A DNA stretch of 64,000 bases from Trypanosoma brucei (taxonomy: Eukaryota): assembly GCA_000002445.1 (NCBI GenBank), contig CP000070.1, forward strand, positions 608,001 to 672,000. The letters are read 5' to 3'. This document shows positions 10,695 to 21,578 of the stretch, piece by piece. The translations under genes were made by a program, and so were the position numbers. Below the pieces are notes generated by a model. It was not told where the DNA came from and did not search any database. It saw only the letters and a program-made list of their open reading frames with translations. The number at the start of each line of letters is the position of its first letter. The first letter of the stretch is position 1.

Positions 10695-11929
10695 TTTTCA
10701 AACTGTATAATGATAATTCAGTTGTTAAAATGTGGGATAAAATACAAACAAACTTGAGAGAATATAGTTGAGGCAAAGGGGGAAGCACAGGTAAAAGATA
10801 GAGTGTAAAAACCAAAAAGGAAACCGAAATGCCACATAAGAAAGTATATGTGTATAAATGGCACGTGATTCAGCATAGGAAAAGATGGCCAGAAACTCAC
10901 TTATTAAACAATGGTAACAACTCAACTGTGGCACCTCATGGACCCTTTCTGCAAAATGCCCCAATACTTTTCAACGTAAGTCCATCATCTATACCCTTAT
11001 ATTTCCGATAATCAAATAGCGTTAAAACGTACCCGTAAGGGAGCGACATTATAGCACTTCGCAAGCCGCCGGAGCGCGTGTCTTCAAGTCTGCTGTTTTC
11101 TTTTTTCTCTCTTTTTTTTTTGCGATGAACGGCATTAAGGAGGTATCTTAGAAACCCATTGAACGCGCCGGTTGCGGGGTCACCAACACAAACTCCAACT
11201 TGATCAATGGTTCACCGTCAACAGAACGACGCCAACGCGTTGGGACGATGGAAAACAAAAAAAAGTATACAAGAAGGATAAGGAAACAAAGTGCCTGCGG
11301 GAAGTTAACGTACGCCCTTAAACCAACTGATACGCCGAAACCCTCCACATGACGCAGCAAAGTGGCTCGGCACCCTCAGGGTATTCTTATTATTATTTTT
11401 TTTTTTCTCTGCGTCATGAGGAATCGCTACCACACCGTGCGTGTATGATGTAGACGTTAAAACGAGCCCTCCCCCCAAAAAAAAATAATAATAATATTAT
11501 GAAGAACCCCCCACACACACCTCTGCAGTACAACAAACAGAGGGACGCCTCCTTTTAGCGGTAAGGTGCACGCGACCCGATTGGCGTTGGAGACAGGAGG
11601 GAAAGCACATGACAGCAAGTATCCCTAACAGAAGCACATTACACCTCCATAAAATTTGGACTCTTCCAGTTTGTAGGTTTTATTTTTCACTTCCCAAATG
11701 TGAAGTGCTAACAACCCCCTACAAAAGCGAACAGCGATGACTCCAAGATGCAATTCAAGGAAACAACTGATATGTTCCCGAATGTAACTGCTGAAGCTGC
11801 CCGTGTATGATGGAAAGACGGTGAACGCAAACAACAATTATTGCCTCAGCATGCTCGGCAACCTAAGCATGATAGTCCGCGGTAAGAGCAAAAGAACCAG
11901 CGCCCCACGTAAATTTGCTTCCAACATTT

Positions 11930-13732
11930 TTATTTGACCCTCACCTCATTACCCAGCGGTTGCCGTTCACCAGCTCGCAGAAAATTTTTCACCTTGTAGT
12001 TGGCAACACGAACCCTCAACTGAGGAATGTCGTTCTTGAGAATCGATATAATGCTGTCCTGTGATTTTTTACTAAGTGTTGGTAGTGAAGCAATGCTTTG
12101 CCGCCCTGCGACGGATGAAGAATTCAAAAATTCCAAAATTTCGGGTTTCACAGTATCTTTCCAACGAAGTTGAGTATCCATTGTCTTCTCGTGCCTGACA
12201 TACAAACGGTCAAATATGACGTCAATGTTCGTCAGCACATCATTTTCAAAGTCAACCAATGACTTGCGCGTCTTCAAAGCGGCAAACACGGCGGCGATCG
12301 CGGTAGCGGAGGCAAGTAAGGCTGCAACTTCCGTGAAACCGCCAACCGCAAGCAGAAGTCCGGAGACGCAAAAAATCGCAGGTGGTGCCAAAGTGGCGAC
12401 AACCTTCATCTTCCGGTATGTTGATACAATTTCAGTGCAAACACGACCGGCAAGAAGTACTCGTTTCACCCCTTCCTCCAACTCCGTGATAAGATTGTCG
12501 TAGCGACGCAGTGGTGCTTGAAGAATTTCACTGACCACTTCACTTCTCTGTCGAAGAAGCTCATCTCGGGCAATAATCGACGTTGACTCCTTTTGTGGTG
12601 ATCCCGATGCTGTTTTCCTCCCTCCAACAGCCGTTTCCTCGGTTGAGGAACTCTTATTGAAGGCAGCAAAACCTGCTGCGTCCCGCGTGTCGTCAAATTC
12701 ATCACCACGGGGAAGAAAATAGGTAGTGTATATGTGTGGAATGTCCTTCATTTGTAAAACTTTGCTTAGGTTCCAGCAAAGGACGCCATACACACGAGCA
12801 AAATCCGCTGCCTTGTCATACATATCTGATTTGTTTAAAACGATAAGCAGCTTATGCTCCACCCCAGCTAGGGATTTGGTGAGAACATCTAATGTTTCAC
12901 CTGTAGTACCGGGGTTAGCGGGGTCAAACATCAAAATAATCAAGTCACAACGTGAAGCAAACCAACGTGTCACGGCGAACAGATCATACCCCCTGAGCTG
13001 ACCCTCAACTGATGTCCGATCATTCAAATGAATAGGAGTGTCAATCATGCCCGGCGTGTCGACAATCATGAGACCGGGTGGTAATAGAGACGTTGCCGGC
13101 AATTTGCGTGTCTTTACCTTGAACTTGTTGACAAAGTGGATGCCAAATTTGCGCAACTCTTGAAAACTATATCGTGGATCACTTACAGCAGTCGGTCCAT
13201 CCTCGGTTATATCGTCTTCACCACTCTGAATAACCGTAAAGCCGTCATCCGTTGGAGATACGCCCGATCGCTGCAGTTCGATACCTAATAAACGATTAAT
13301 CATCGTAGACTTTCCCGCGCTGTGGTTCCCAAGGACAATCACCATCGGTTGGCGGTTGCTGTCATGGGAAAGGAACCGTAATTCATCGCTGTATCGCTGC
13401 TGAACACGCCTCTTTAGCGAATTCAAATCCTCCTCAACACCTTCTAATGCATGCTGCCCACTTTTGTTCGAGCCGCTTTCCATGCGATATATCCCGTTAT
13501 ATCCGTCACTGGCACTTTCATCCCCACTAGATTTCAATCCAAACTTGTTTAACATCATTACGGTTGTAGTAGTCGCAAAACACATGCGGTTAGTCGAGCA
13601 GTTGGCACCCAACTGACTTCTGCGCAACAGTCGCTTCAGTGATGATGTGGTGGGTAACGTTATGCTACGAAGTGATTTAAGGGGCGTATTGAAGTTTCCA
13701 CATGCTAAAACTGCACTTCCTAACTGCCTCAT
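11930..13732 (-). CDS. dynamin-superfamily GTPase, mitofusin/EHD-like, with C-terminal transmembrane hairpin
   Basis: G1 motif GNHSAGKSTMINRLLG, G3 VDTPGM and G4 LNKSD are present. Two adjacent hydrophobic segments lie near the C-terminus (LAPPAIFCVSGLLLAVGGF / VAALLASATAIAAVFAAL). The track ORF begins at TTG (13912); the first ATG (MRQLGS) is at 13730-13732. Confidence 0.6.
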   Translation of the reverse strand: MRQLGSAVLACGNFNTPLKSLRSITLPTTSSLKRLLRRSQLGANCSTNRMCFATTTTVMMLNKFGLKSSGDESASDGYNGIYRMESGSNKSGQHALEGVEEDLNSLKRRVQQRYSDELRFLSHDSNRQPMVIVLGNHSAGKSTMINRLLGIELQRSGVSPTDDGFTVIQSGEDDITEDGPTAVSDPRYSFQELRKFGIHFVNKFKVKTRKLPATSLLPPGLMIVDTPGMIDTPIHLNDRTSVEGQLRGYDLFAVTRWFASRCDLIILMFDPANPGTTGETLDVLTKSLAGVEHKLLIVLNKSDMYDKAADFARVYGVLCWNLSKVLQMKDIPHIYTTYFLPRGDEFDDTRDAAGFAAFNKSSSTEETAVGGRKTASGSPQKESTSIIARDELLRQRSEVVSEILQAPLRRYDNLITELEEGVKRVLLAGRVCTEIVSTYRKMKVVATLAPPAIFCVSGLLLAVGGFTEVAALLASATAIAAVFAALKTRKSLVDFENDVLTNIDVIFDRLYVRHEKTMDTQLRWKDTVKPEILEFLNSSSVAGRQSIASLPTLSKKSQDSIISILKNDIPQLRVRVANYKVKNFLRAGERQPLGNEVRVK

Positions 13733-15679
13733 TATACTTTTAATGCTCTTCCCTTGTTTATATTTATATTTTACTGCCCGTAACAAATGACTTCCTTTGC
13801 TTTCCTTCGTGATAATGTCTTTTTTTTTTTCGTTGTTTATTTTTGTTTGTTTTGAGATGAAATTGCAGTAGCAACAGGAGAAATAAGGGGGAAAGTATCT
13901 TTTTTTTTTCAAATTGAAGAACTACTTAGAAAAAAGACATCAAATAAATTGCAATACAACGCACATACGTATCATCCCCCTTTTTCCACACGTACAAACA
14001 AACCTTTTTCATCGCAGCCTTTTTGTGTGAGCAATAGTGGGGAAACCTATATATATATATATATTTCCATCCTCTCTCTCTCTCTCTTCCTCTCTTCTTT
14101 TTTTTTAAAAAAAAAAGAAAATTCTGGATATTTTCTTCCTTGCTTTTCTGTTTTTTCTTGTTTACCAGCTACTCTGTCCAGTTTGTTTCGCCTCGCCTCT
14201 TTACTCTCACTTTTTGTCTTCGCCCTTTTTTTTTTTCATCACCATATGATAATCAGCACGTGAAGAAAAAAGGAAACCATACGGTAAAATAACATTTTCA
14301 CTGATCCTCAGCGAAAATAAAGTTGGTAAACATTACGGTGAGGGACGGGGAACAAATAAAAATAAAAACAAAACAAAAGCAACAAGAACAAGAACAGGAA
14401 CAGGAGTTAAAAAAAAAAAATACCTGAAAGAGTAATATGAAATATTTTACAGGCAAAAATGGCGGAAAAGGAAAAAACAAACAAACAAATCAGACCGACT
14501 AATACGCATCATATAGCGTTTTAGGACCGCAAAATTCATTTTTTTTTTTAATTGCTCAGTAATACCGGTGAGTCGAGGAGGGGTAAAACTTCACACGTGT
14601 ACTTTCCTTCCTTTAATCTCGCCATCATTTTGTATTCCTAAAATATTTCCTGTTCGGTACATATCTTTCATCTTTTTTTTTTCTTTTGCCGACATTAACT
14701 CCCCACCCCCTGCACACAAACACACAAACAAGAAGGGGGAAAAAAAAAAACACGCAATGCAACACGCGCTCATTTTCTCAAGGACATGGACATCACATGT
14801 CGCGTATAGTAGCAACAAAAAATTAAATGAACAACAACAACAACAAGAAAAAAAAAAGAAGATGAAGGGTAAAAGAAGCAACATGGGAAATTTATAATAC
14901 AAACAACCATTTTCTCAATTCATATTCATAAACGTAAGGCACGATATAAACATTAGAAGGAGTTGAATTCCACTCCGTAATGTTAATAATATAATTACAA
15001 TCATATGCACTCCTCATTTCCCTCTTCCCATTCCTAAATAATAAAAGTAAAACCCCCTTTTTAAAAAAAAAAAATCAGAAGAAAAAAAAAAGATGAAAAC
15101 TAAAAACTAAAAAACTGAAAACTGAAAAATTAAAAGAAAAAACAACAAAGGTAGATGTAACATCATTGAGTATATATCACGCTAAACACCTCTTACTTCA
15201 TTCTCTTTCCCATCAAAGCAACACCTCCAGCAGCATTTAAGGGATAAAAATAAACAAGAAACCGCCAATTAATAATTAAAAACAAAAAAAACTGTTTACT
15301 ATAGCAGGAAACAAAAAGAAAGACAATCAAGGAAAATATTCGAAATCAGAAGCAACAGCAATTGGGAAGGATAAAACAAACAATCAAAAGAGGACCGAAC
15401 GGAAGGGGGTAAATAAAAACAAAAAAAAAACTAAAAGAGAAAAAAAAATTTTAATTTAAAAAAAAAGGGAAAGACGCAACTTCTCATATATAATGCGAGG
15501 AATGGACGCCATTCACCATTTTCATCTTCTTAACATTTTCCCTCTTCAAAACTGTCTCTCCCTCCCTCCCGTTGAATTCCTTTACTTATTTTTTAAAAAT
15601 TATTTTAGCTCTTTTCCTCTTTCGGTATTTCTCCCCCCCCCCTTTGCATTCATTTGTACGTATATGTTGGTGATATTTG

Positions 15680-15683
<4 letters not shown>

Positions 15684-15710
<27 letters not shown>
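15684..15710. repeat. (TA)n microsatellite
   Basis: An uninterrupted TA dinucleotide run of about 27 nt. Confidence 0.9.
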
Positions 15711-15715
<5 letters not shown>

Positions 15716-16395
15716 TTTCATATTATATATCTTATTAACAATATAAAAGTAACAAACCATAATCAATATTATTATTATTATTATTATCGGAGTGTGACGC
15801 TGCATCTCCTCCCTCCCCCTAACAAAGCTATAAAAATAAAAAAAAGCATGCAATTTCGCATTCCTCGTTTCTGCAGTCAACTCATCAAAAGACAAAGACA
15901 AAAAAAAAAAAAAGAGAGACGAATCATAACGACACGATGAAATGAAGAAAAGAGGAAAAAAAAATAACATTATAATACACAATCATAACATTTCCTTTTT
16001 TTCCCCCTTCACTTCTTATATATATATATATATATTATTTAGATATTTATATTTTAATATTTTTATATGTGTGTTTATATTTATGTATATTTTTCTTTCT
16101 CTATTGCAATAACATCAAAAACAACATAACCTTGTCCGTGAAATAAAAATAAAACAAAACATTTAACTACTGTACAAAAATCTTTTTTTTGCATAATGGA
16201 TACTAAATTTACATATTTTACATACAACTTTTGTGACATTAACATACAAACACATGACACTCATGACACATATACAACGATTAATAAACATATGACGGGA
16301 ATGCGGATAGGTTTTTTTTTCTTTTTTATTTAATTTCTTAAATTATTTTTTTATTTATTAAATAGGCACAAAAAGGGGGAGGGGAAAAAAAAAAT

Positions 16396-16423
16396 AACAA
16401 CAACATCAACATCAACATCAACC
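16396..16423. repeat. (CAACAT)n hexanucleotide repeat
   Basis: aacaacaacatcaacatcaacatcaacc. Confidence 0.8.
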
Positions 16424-17100
16424 GAAAACCAGAAAACACAATTGCTTTTTTTTTTAAAAAAGTCGAATGAAAAACCAAAGGCGAAACCACCGGCAGACAT
16501 GTATACATGTGTAAAAACACACGAACACAAATTAATCACACGAAAAAAAAAAGAAACAAAAGGGGGTTGAGGGAATAACAATTAATTTTTAAAAAAGAAA
16601 AAAAAGATGACGGTAGTAGTGATAAATAAATTTAAATGATGATTTGTGTTCGCCTTAACACCATTAATATAAATATATAAATATATATTTTTTCTTTTGC
16701 TTTATGAACTTTTTGTTAGTTTCTTCTTTTTTTTTTCTCCCCCCCCCCTTTAATTTAATGGAAAAGGGATGGCGGTAGCGGCAACTGCACAGTGGTAGTG
16801 ATGGTATTCTTTTTTTTTTTAATTATTTATTATTTTTTTTCGTTTGGTTTTGTTTTGCTGAAAGTGGTTTTGACAAGAGATTACTGAAATCAAACACAAA
16901 CACACGAACATATAAAAAAAAGGAAAAAAGGGGGAAAAACATGAGGAGCGTTCAAAAGGTATAAAACAACAACAACAACGACATAATCATCAATCTAACA
17001 AGGTGAAAAGGTGAAAAAGTAAAAAATAACAACAGTAAAAAAAACACATATTTATATATATATATTTTTTGGAACATGTAAATATGTTGGTAAAGTAAAT

Positions 17101-17124
17101 ATATATATATATATATATATATAT
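17101..17124. repeat. (AT)12 microsatellite
   Basis: Uninterrupted AT run. Confidence 0.9.
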
Positions 17125-18089
17125 TGCGGAAGAAAGGAAGTAAAAGTAAAAAGGAGGGAGCTCCAACTGGGCGAGGAAAGGTGATAACAAATCAAAAAAA
17201 AAAAGTAAAAGTAAAAAAACACTCCTCTCTCCAAATACAAAAAAAAAGATGTACAACGAGAGACATAAAGTAAAAAAAAAAAGATGAAAAGGAACATTAT
17301 TTCAATGTTAATTACACTCATTGGATTCCTCGCCCTCAATATAAAATCCCTTTACTCCCCTCGTTTTCTTTTTCTTTTTGCTTTTTACACTTTTTGTTTC
17401 TTCCATTACGATGCAGTCGAGTGACTCGCGCACTCGCCCACGCATGCATGCACGTAAACATAAATATATAAGTACATATATGTATATAAATATATACATA
17501 TATACACGCAAAAATACAAATGCGTAAATATGTGTGACGTTATACTCAACGTGAAGGTGAAACACAAAAAATTAAAAAAGAAAAAAAACGAAAATCTGCT
17601 CAAGCCTTTTTTTTTCCCCCTCCTTCCAAACGAAGTCCTTTGCACCCCCAACAATAACAACAATAAGAAAAAAAAAAGAAACGGAAGGGGCTGCCACATA
17701 TATCTTCTCTTGCTTTGCACCCATAAGTACATACGCACATAAACTTAGCAGAAATGAATCGCCGTGCTGAAGAGAAATGTCTCTCGTTTACGTAACAAAA
17801 ATAGAAGAAAAAAAAGAAGGAATCTGCAAAACTATCACACGCCATTGCGCTAAGAGTTAAAACGACCAAAAGAAACGAAACACTTTTTATGGACGCAACA
17901 CCCTCAACACGCTAAAAAAACTGACATATGTACGACCATCTCATTGTGTTAATTACTCACTTTTGTGTCTTATTTTCCCCTTTTCTTTCATCCTCCCAAG
18001 AATATTCTTCACAGCCATTATTATTTCTATTAATATTATTATTACCATTTCCTCTTTCAGTCCTCACAGAAGCATAAACACACATAAAC

Positions 18090-18114
18090 ATATATATATA
18101 TATATATATATATA
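18090..18114. repeat. (TA)n microsatellite
   Basis: Uninterrupted run immediately downstream (in minus sense) of the kinase gene. Confidence 0.9.
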
Positions 18115-18237
18115 GGGGAACAAACACAGCATGTGCACATTACCCACCCCATTCCATCCCCACACCAAAACGCAAACATGCCACAAAAAGGGAAAATAAA
18201 ACAAAAAAAACAAAAAAAAACAAATCCGCCCAGCAGA

Positions 18238-19743
18238 TTATATCGCATTCTCCGGCGCCGTCGCACTTTGATTTAACTCACGTCCTTTTGCAACTCCCTC
18301 CGCCGCCGCCATGCGCTCCAGCAGCCACGGTGGTAAAATCTCCGCCTCTTCTCGCGTCACTTGAAACATACTTGCGGGAAGCGGCGCCCCGTTAGGCAGG
18401 CGGGCATCATCCGAAAAGAGTTCATCAAAAAACACGTGTTCTAAAACCTCAGCGGAGGTAAGTCGTTCCTCTGGCGTATAGCGCAGAAGTTGCTCAATAA
18501 GTGACAGGGCGGCCTGCGAAGTATTGGGTGGTAGTACTTCCACCCACAGTAAAGATTTTACACGGGGTGCCGAACGTCGCTGCATATAATCTGCGTTTGC
18601 TGAGTTGGAAGAGGGCAGGGGGCCTGATGGAGTTGGTGACAACTGTGAGGCGTTGTGCGAATCTCCCCATGTCCGTATTAATGCACTTCCAGCACTCTGT
18701 GGATTGAGCGCGAAGAGTTCCCGCTCAGATGGTTTTCCAAGTACTTTAATTATCTCCACTAATTGGTCCATTGTACTGCTACTGCCCTTAAACAACACCT
18801 TCCCGCACAGAAGCTCCGCTAGGACACACCCAAAGGCCCACATGTCTACATGAAAATGGTAATATTGCGAACCAAGTAGAAGTTCAGGAGCGCGGTAATA
18901 CCGGGAAAAAATATAGGGAACGTTCTTTTCTCGTGGTCCCTCTCCTCCAACAGCCTGCATCTTCTTGGCACTACCAAAGTCACATAGCTTCACGACGCCA
19001 GTTTCCTGATCAACGAGTATATTGTTGGGTTTAACATCACGATGGCATATTCCACGTGCATGGAGAAATGCCAGAGCCCTGGCAAGCTGGAACATTATTA
19101 CCTTCACGAGTATAATTGGCATTTGTTGTTCCCGTTGCCTCAAAAACATATGATGTAATCGGCGCACATCCAAAGGGATGTAGTCCATCACCATAAACAA
19201 GTACTGAACCCCACTGGGATCAGAAGCGAAGAAATGATCCAGAAGCTTCACAACGCACGGGTGGTACGGCACGATCGTTGGCATATTCCAACTTTCTAAG
19301 CCATCAATTGCAGTGGTACCATTTGCCTCCTCCCCATTGCTTCCAGTTACTGATGTGGCGTGAGCACCCACCCCATTTCCAACATCTAATGAAGACACGC
19401 CTCCCTGTTGCGTATTTGGGCCGAGGTGGTCACGCATTAATGTCAACTCCCTCTGTCGCAGCCTTCCGTCATGAATAACCCTTTTAATGGCGACTAAATC
19501 TCTCGTTCCCACAACCTCAGCAGATGAAACTTCGCCAAACGCTCCTCTGCCAATCACTTCTTGAATTGCATACCTCACTTGCTCGCATTTCACTGCAGTT
19601 CTTTCTTGAGCCTCTTGATTGCCTTGCGGTCGTGCGCTAAATCTCCGTGGTAATAGCGGGACCCTTTCACCCACAGAAGCGGTAACTTCCTTTTGCCCAT
19701 TAGTTACTCCACGCAACGTCGACGGCAAAATCCGCTCACTCAT
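18238..19743 (-). CDS. GSK3: CMGC protein kinase, GSK3 family, with ~50 aa low-complexity insertion in the N-lobe
   Basis: Motifs HRDVKPNNILVD, LCDFGSAK, SRYYRAPELLLG, DMWAFGCVLAELL, MDQLVEIIKVLGKP and RLTSAEVLEHVFFDEL match GSK3. The track ORF starts at TTG (19779); the ATG (MSERILPS) is at 19741-19743, giving 501 aa. Confidence 0.8.
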   Translation of the reverse strand: MSERILPSTLRGVTNGQKEVTASVGERVPLLPRRFSARPQGNQEAQERTAVKCEQVRYAIQEVIGRGAFGEVSSAEVVGTRDLVAIKRVIHDGRLRQRELTLMRDHLGPNTQQGGVSSLDVGNGVGAHATSVTGSNGEEANGTTAIDGLESWNMPTIVPYHPCVVKLLDHFFASDPSGVQYLFMVMDYIPLDVRRLHHMFLRQREQQMPIILVKVIMFQLARALAFLHARGICHRDVKPNNILVDQETGVVKLCDFGSAKKMQAVGGEGPREKNVPYIFSRYYRAPELLLGSQYYHFHVDMWAFGCVLAELLCGKVLFKGSSSTMDQLVEIIKVLGKPSERELFALNPQSAGSALIRTWGDSHNASQLSPTPSGPLPSSNSANADYMQRRSAPRVKSLLWVEVLPPNTSQAALSLIEQLLRYTPEERLTSAEVLEHVFFDELFSDDARLPNGAPLPASMFQVTREEAEILPPWLLERMAAAEGVAKGRELNQSATAPENAI

Positions 19744-19745
19744 CT

Positions 19746-19790
19746 CCAAAGTAAAAAAAAAAAGAAAACAACGTGACAAATGTTGTTCCT
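19746..19790 (-). promoter_or_regulatory. polypyrimidine tract immediately upstream of the GSK3-family kinase ATG
   Basis: Plus strand reads ctccaaagtaaaaaaaaaaagaaaacaacg, which is a U-rich tract on the minus-strand transcript. The upstream part of the track ORF (MSRCFLFFFTLE) is translated from this tract. Confidence 0.4.
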
Positions 19791-20252
19791 CTCCTCTTTC
19801 CTTATTTTAATGTTTTTTTTTCCTCCTCCTTTGTTCTCTTCCTAATGTGAAAACGCTGTCTTCGTCGCAGCGAGCTGTTGTTGTTTTCTCTCTCTCTCTC
19901 CTATTGTTTCCTCCTTTTTTTTTTTTGCTGTCAAAAATGTCAACCTTCTTTACGTGTACACAACGCGCTTGAAAGGAGTGACACCTTGACTTTATGCAAA
20001 TGGTAGAAAATGAGTTCCTCCTTTACCTCCCTTTATTTCCCCTTCTTTTTTTTTCTCTTTTCGCTATTTTTTTTTTTTTTGCTCCCGTTGCTTCCTACTT
20101 AGGCCTCTTATTTGCCTCAGTTCCCCTTTGTTTTTTTTTTGCGTGATCCTCTCTATACCTCGAAAACAAATATATATATATATATATAAACCCTTCAGAG
20201 GAGAGGAATCCCTTTTGTTACTACTTCCCTTTTGGTATTTAATCGTTATTGA

Positions 20253-20277
20253 TATATATATATATATATATATATAT
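20253..20277. repeat. (TA)n microsatellite
   Basis: Uninterrupted run. A second (TA)9 lies at 20171-20188. Confidence 0.9.
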
Positions 20278-20765
20278 GTTGGTGGTGTTTTTTTTGTCGA
20301 TGGAACGGGATAAATGACAGTCAACACCAATAAGAAACAGTTACGGAGAGGCGACAAATCACACAAACAAGAAAACCAAAAAAGAAAAAGAAAAAAAGAA
20401 GAAGCAAGCGAGGCAACGAAGGAAAAAAGGAGGAAGAAGGAAAAAAAAGAGGATGACTTTAATAAAAGTGACATATAAAAGGCGTTTCGGTACATTTCAA
20501 TAGGGGAACATCTCGGGGAAAAGATGCTCCTACACACAAACTCCCAGAGAATTTGTGAGAGATTAGAAAGCATAAAGAAGAAGCAACAACGAGAATTATT
20601 GGCACATCTTTTTTTTTCCTTTTGCGCAGCCCACGCTGTTTCGAGCCACACAGTCATTCACAGACGCAAGCGCATGTACGAATGTTCGACCCGCCAAAAC
20701 AAACAAACAAATAAATAATAATTATAATAGTAATAACACAAAAATAACAGACAACATGTAACCAT

Positions 20766-21578
20766 TTAATTCAATCCCTTCTCAAGTTCCTTTGACTTAT
20801 CGGTACACGCAATCATTGCTTCAATGACAGCAGACCTCATTCCACCCTTCTCAAGTATCCGTACAGCCTCAATAGTTACTCCTCCAGGTGAGCAAACCAT
20901 ATCTTTCAATTGTGCAGGAGACATGTCACACTTTTGAAGCATTATCGCAGATCCTAATACCGCTTGAGCCGCTAATTCATACGCTTGTGCGCGAGGCAAA
21001 CCACCATGAACTGCCGCATCGGCCATTGCTTCCATAAACATGAACACATACGCCGGTGACGCACCTGCGACGCTGCTCACGGCAGGAATTTGTGACTCTA
21101 AAACCTCTACAACAATACCAATGGTGCGGAAGAGCTGAAATATTGTTTCCTTTTCAGAAGCCGTCACGTGTGCGTTGGAAGTGATGGATGTCACACCGGC
21201 ACCGACACGTGTGGGAAGGTTTGGCATAGTGCGCACAATTTTGCGTGCCTCCGACCCGAGTGCCTTTTCCATCGAGGCGATAGAAATTGCAGCAGCGACC
21301 GATACAATAATTTTATTTGCCGTTACACTCGACTGAATACTTGCAAGTAATTCACAGACAACTTTTGGTTTGACGCCGATGACTATCACATCGGCGTACG
21401 CGGCAGCATCAGTAGCGCTTTGGGCTCCTCCCACACCATAACGCTCGCAAAGCCGATCCACAGTAGCTTTTGTACGGTTAAAAACGCGGATAGACTCGGG
21501 TGGGTACTGTTTGCTTTGAATAAGTCCACCTAAGATGCATTCGCCCATGTTGCCACATCCAATAAATGATATCTTCAT
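20766..21578 (-). CDS. P5CR: pyrroline-5-carboxylate reductase
   Basis: Rossmann motif MKISFIGCGNMG, followed by conserved P5CR C-terminal dimerisation-domain motifs (SPAYVFMFMEAMADA, SPGGVTIEA). ATG at 21576-21578. The track ORF extension upstream of this ATG is non-coding. Confidence 0.85.
   Translation of the reverse strand: MKISFIGCGNMGECILGGLIQSKQYPPESIRVFNRTKATVDRLCERYGVGGAQSATDAAAYADVIVIGVKPKVVCELLASIQSSVTANKIIVSVAAAISIASMEKALGSEARKIVRTMPNLPTRVGAGVTSITSNAHVTASEKETIFQLFRTIGIVVEVLESQIPAVSSVAGASPAYVFMFMEAMADAAVHGGLPRAQAYELAAQAVLGSAIMLQKCDMSPAQLKDMVCSPGGVTIEAVRILEKGGMRSAVIEAMIACTDKSKELEKGLN

Larger units (their letters stand above)
13913..18237. repeat. 4.3 kb gene-free low-complexity tract, A-rich on the plus strand (U-rich transcript in minus-strand sense), with many microsatellites
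   Basis: Long poly(A) runs, (TA)n, (CAACAT)n and (AAAACTR)n are visible. Every ORF in the tract translates to F/L/C/K low-complexity sequence. Confidence 0.7.

Noticed and set aside
14591-14902. ORFs inside the 13.9-18.2 kb tract (e.g. 14591..14902, 15650..15982, 17052..17339, 17406..17738, 14568..14897)
   Set aside because: Their translations are homopolymeric or low-complexity (FFFF, CCCC, KKKK, (IY)n) and come from poly-A/T and (TA)n runs. There is no codon structure or homology.
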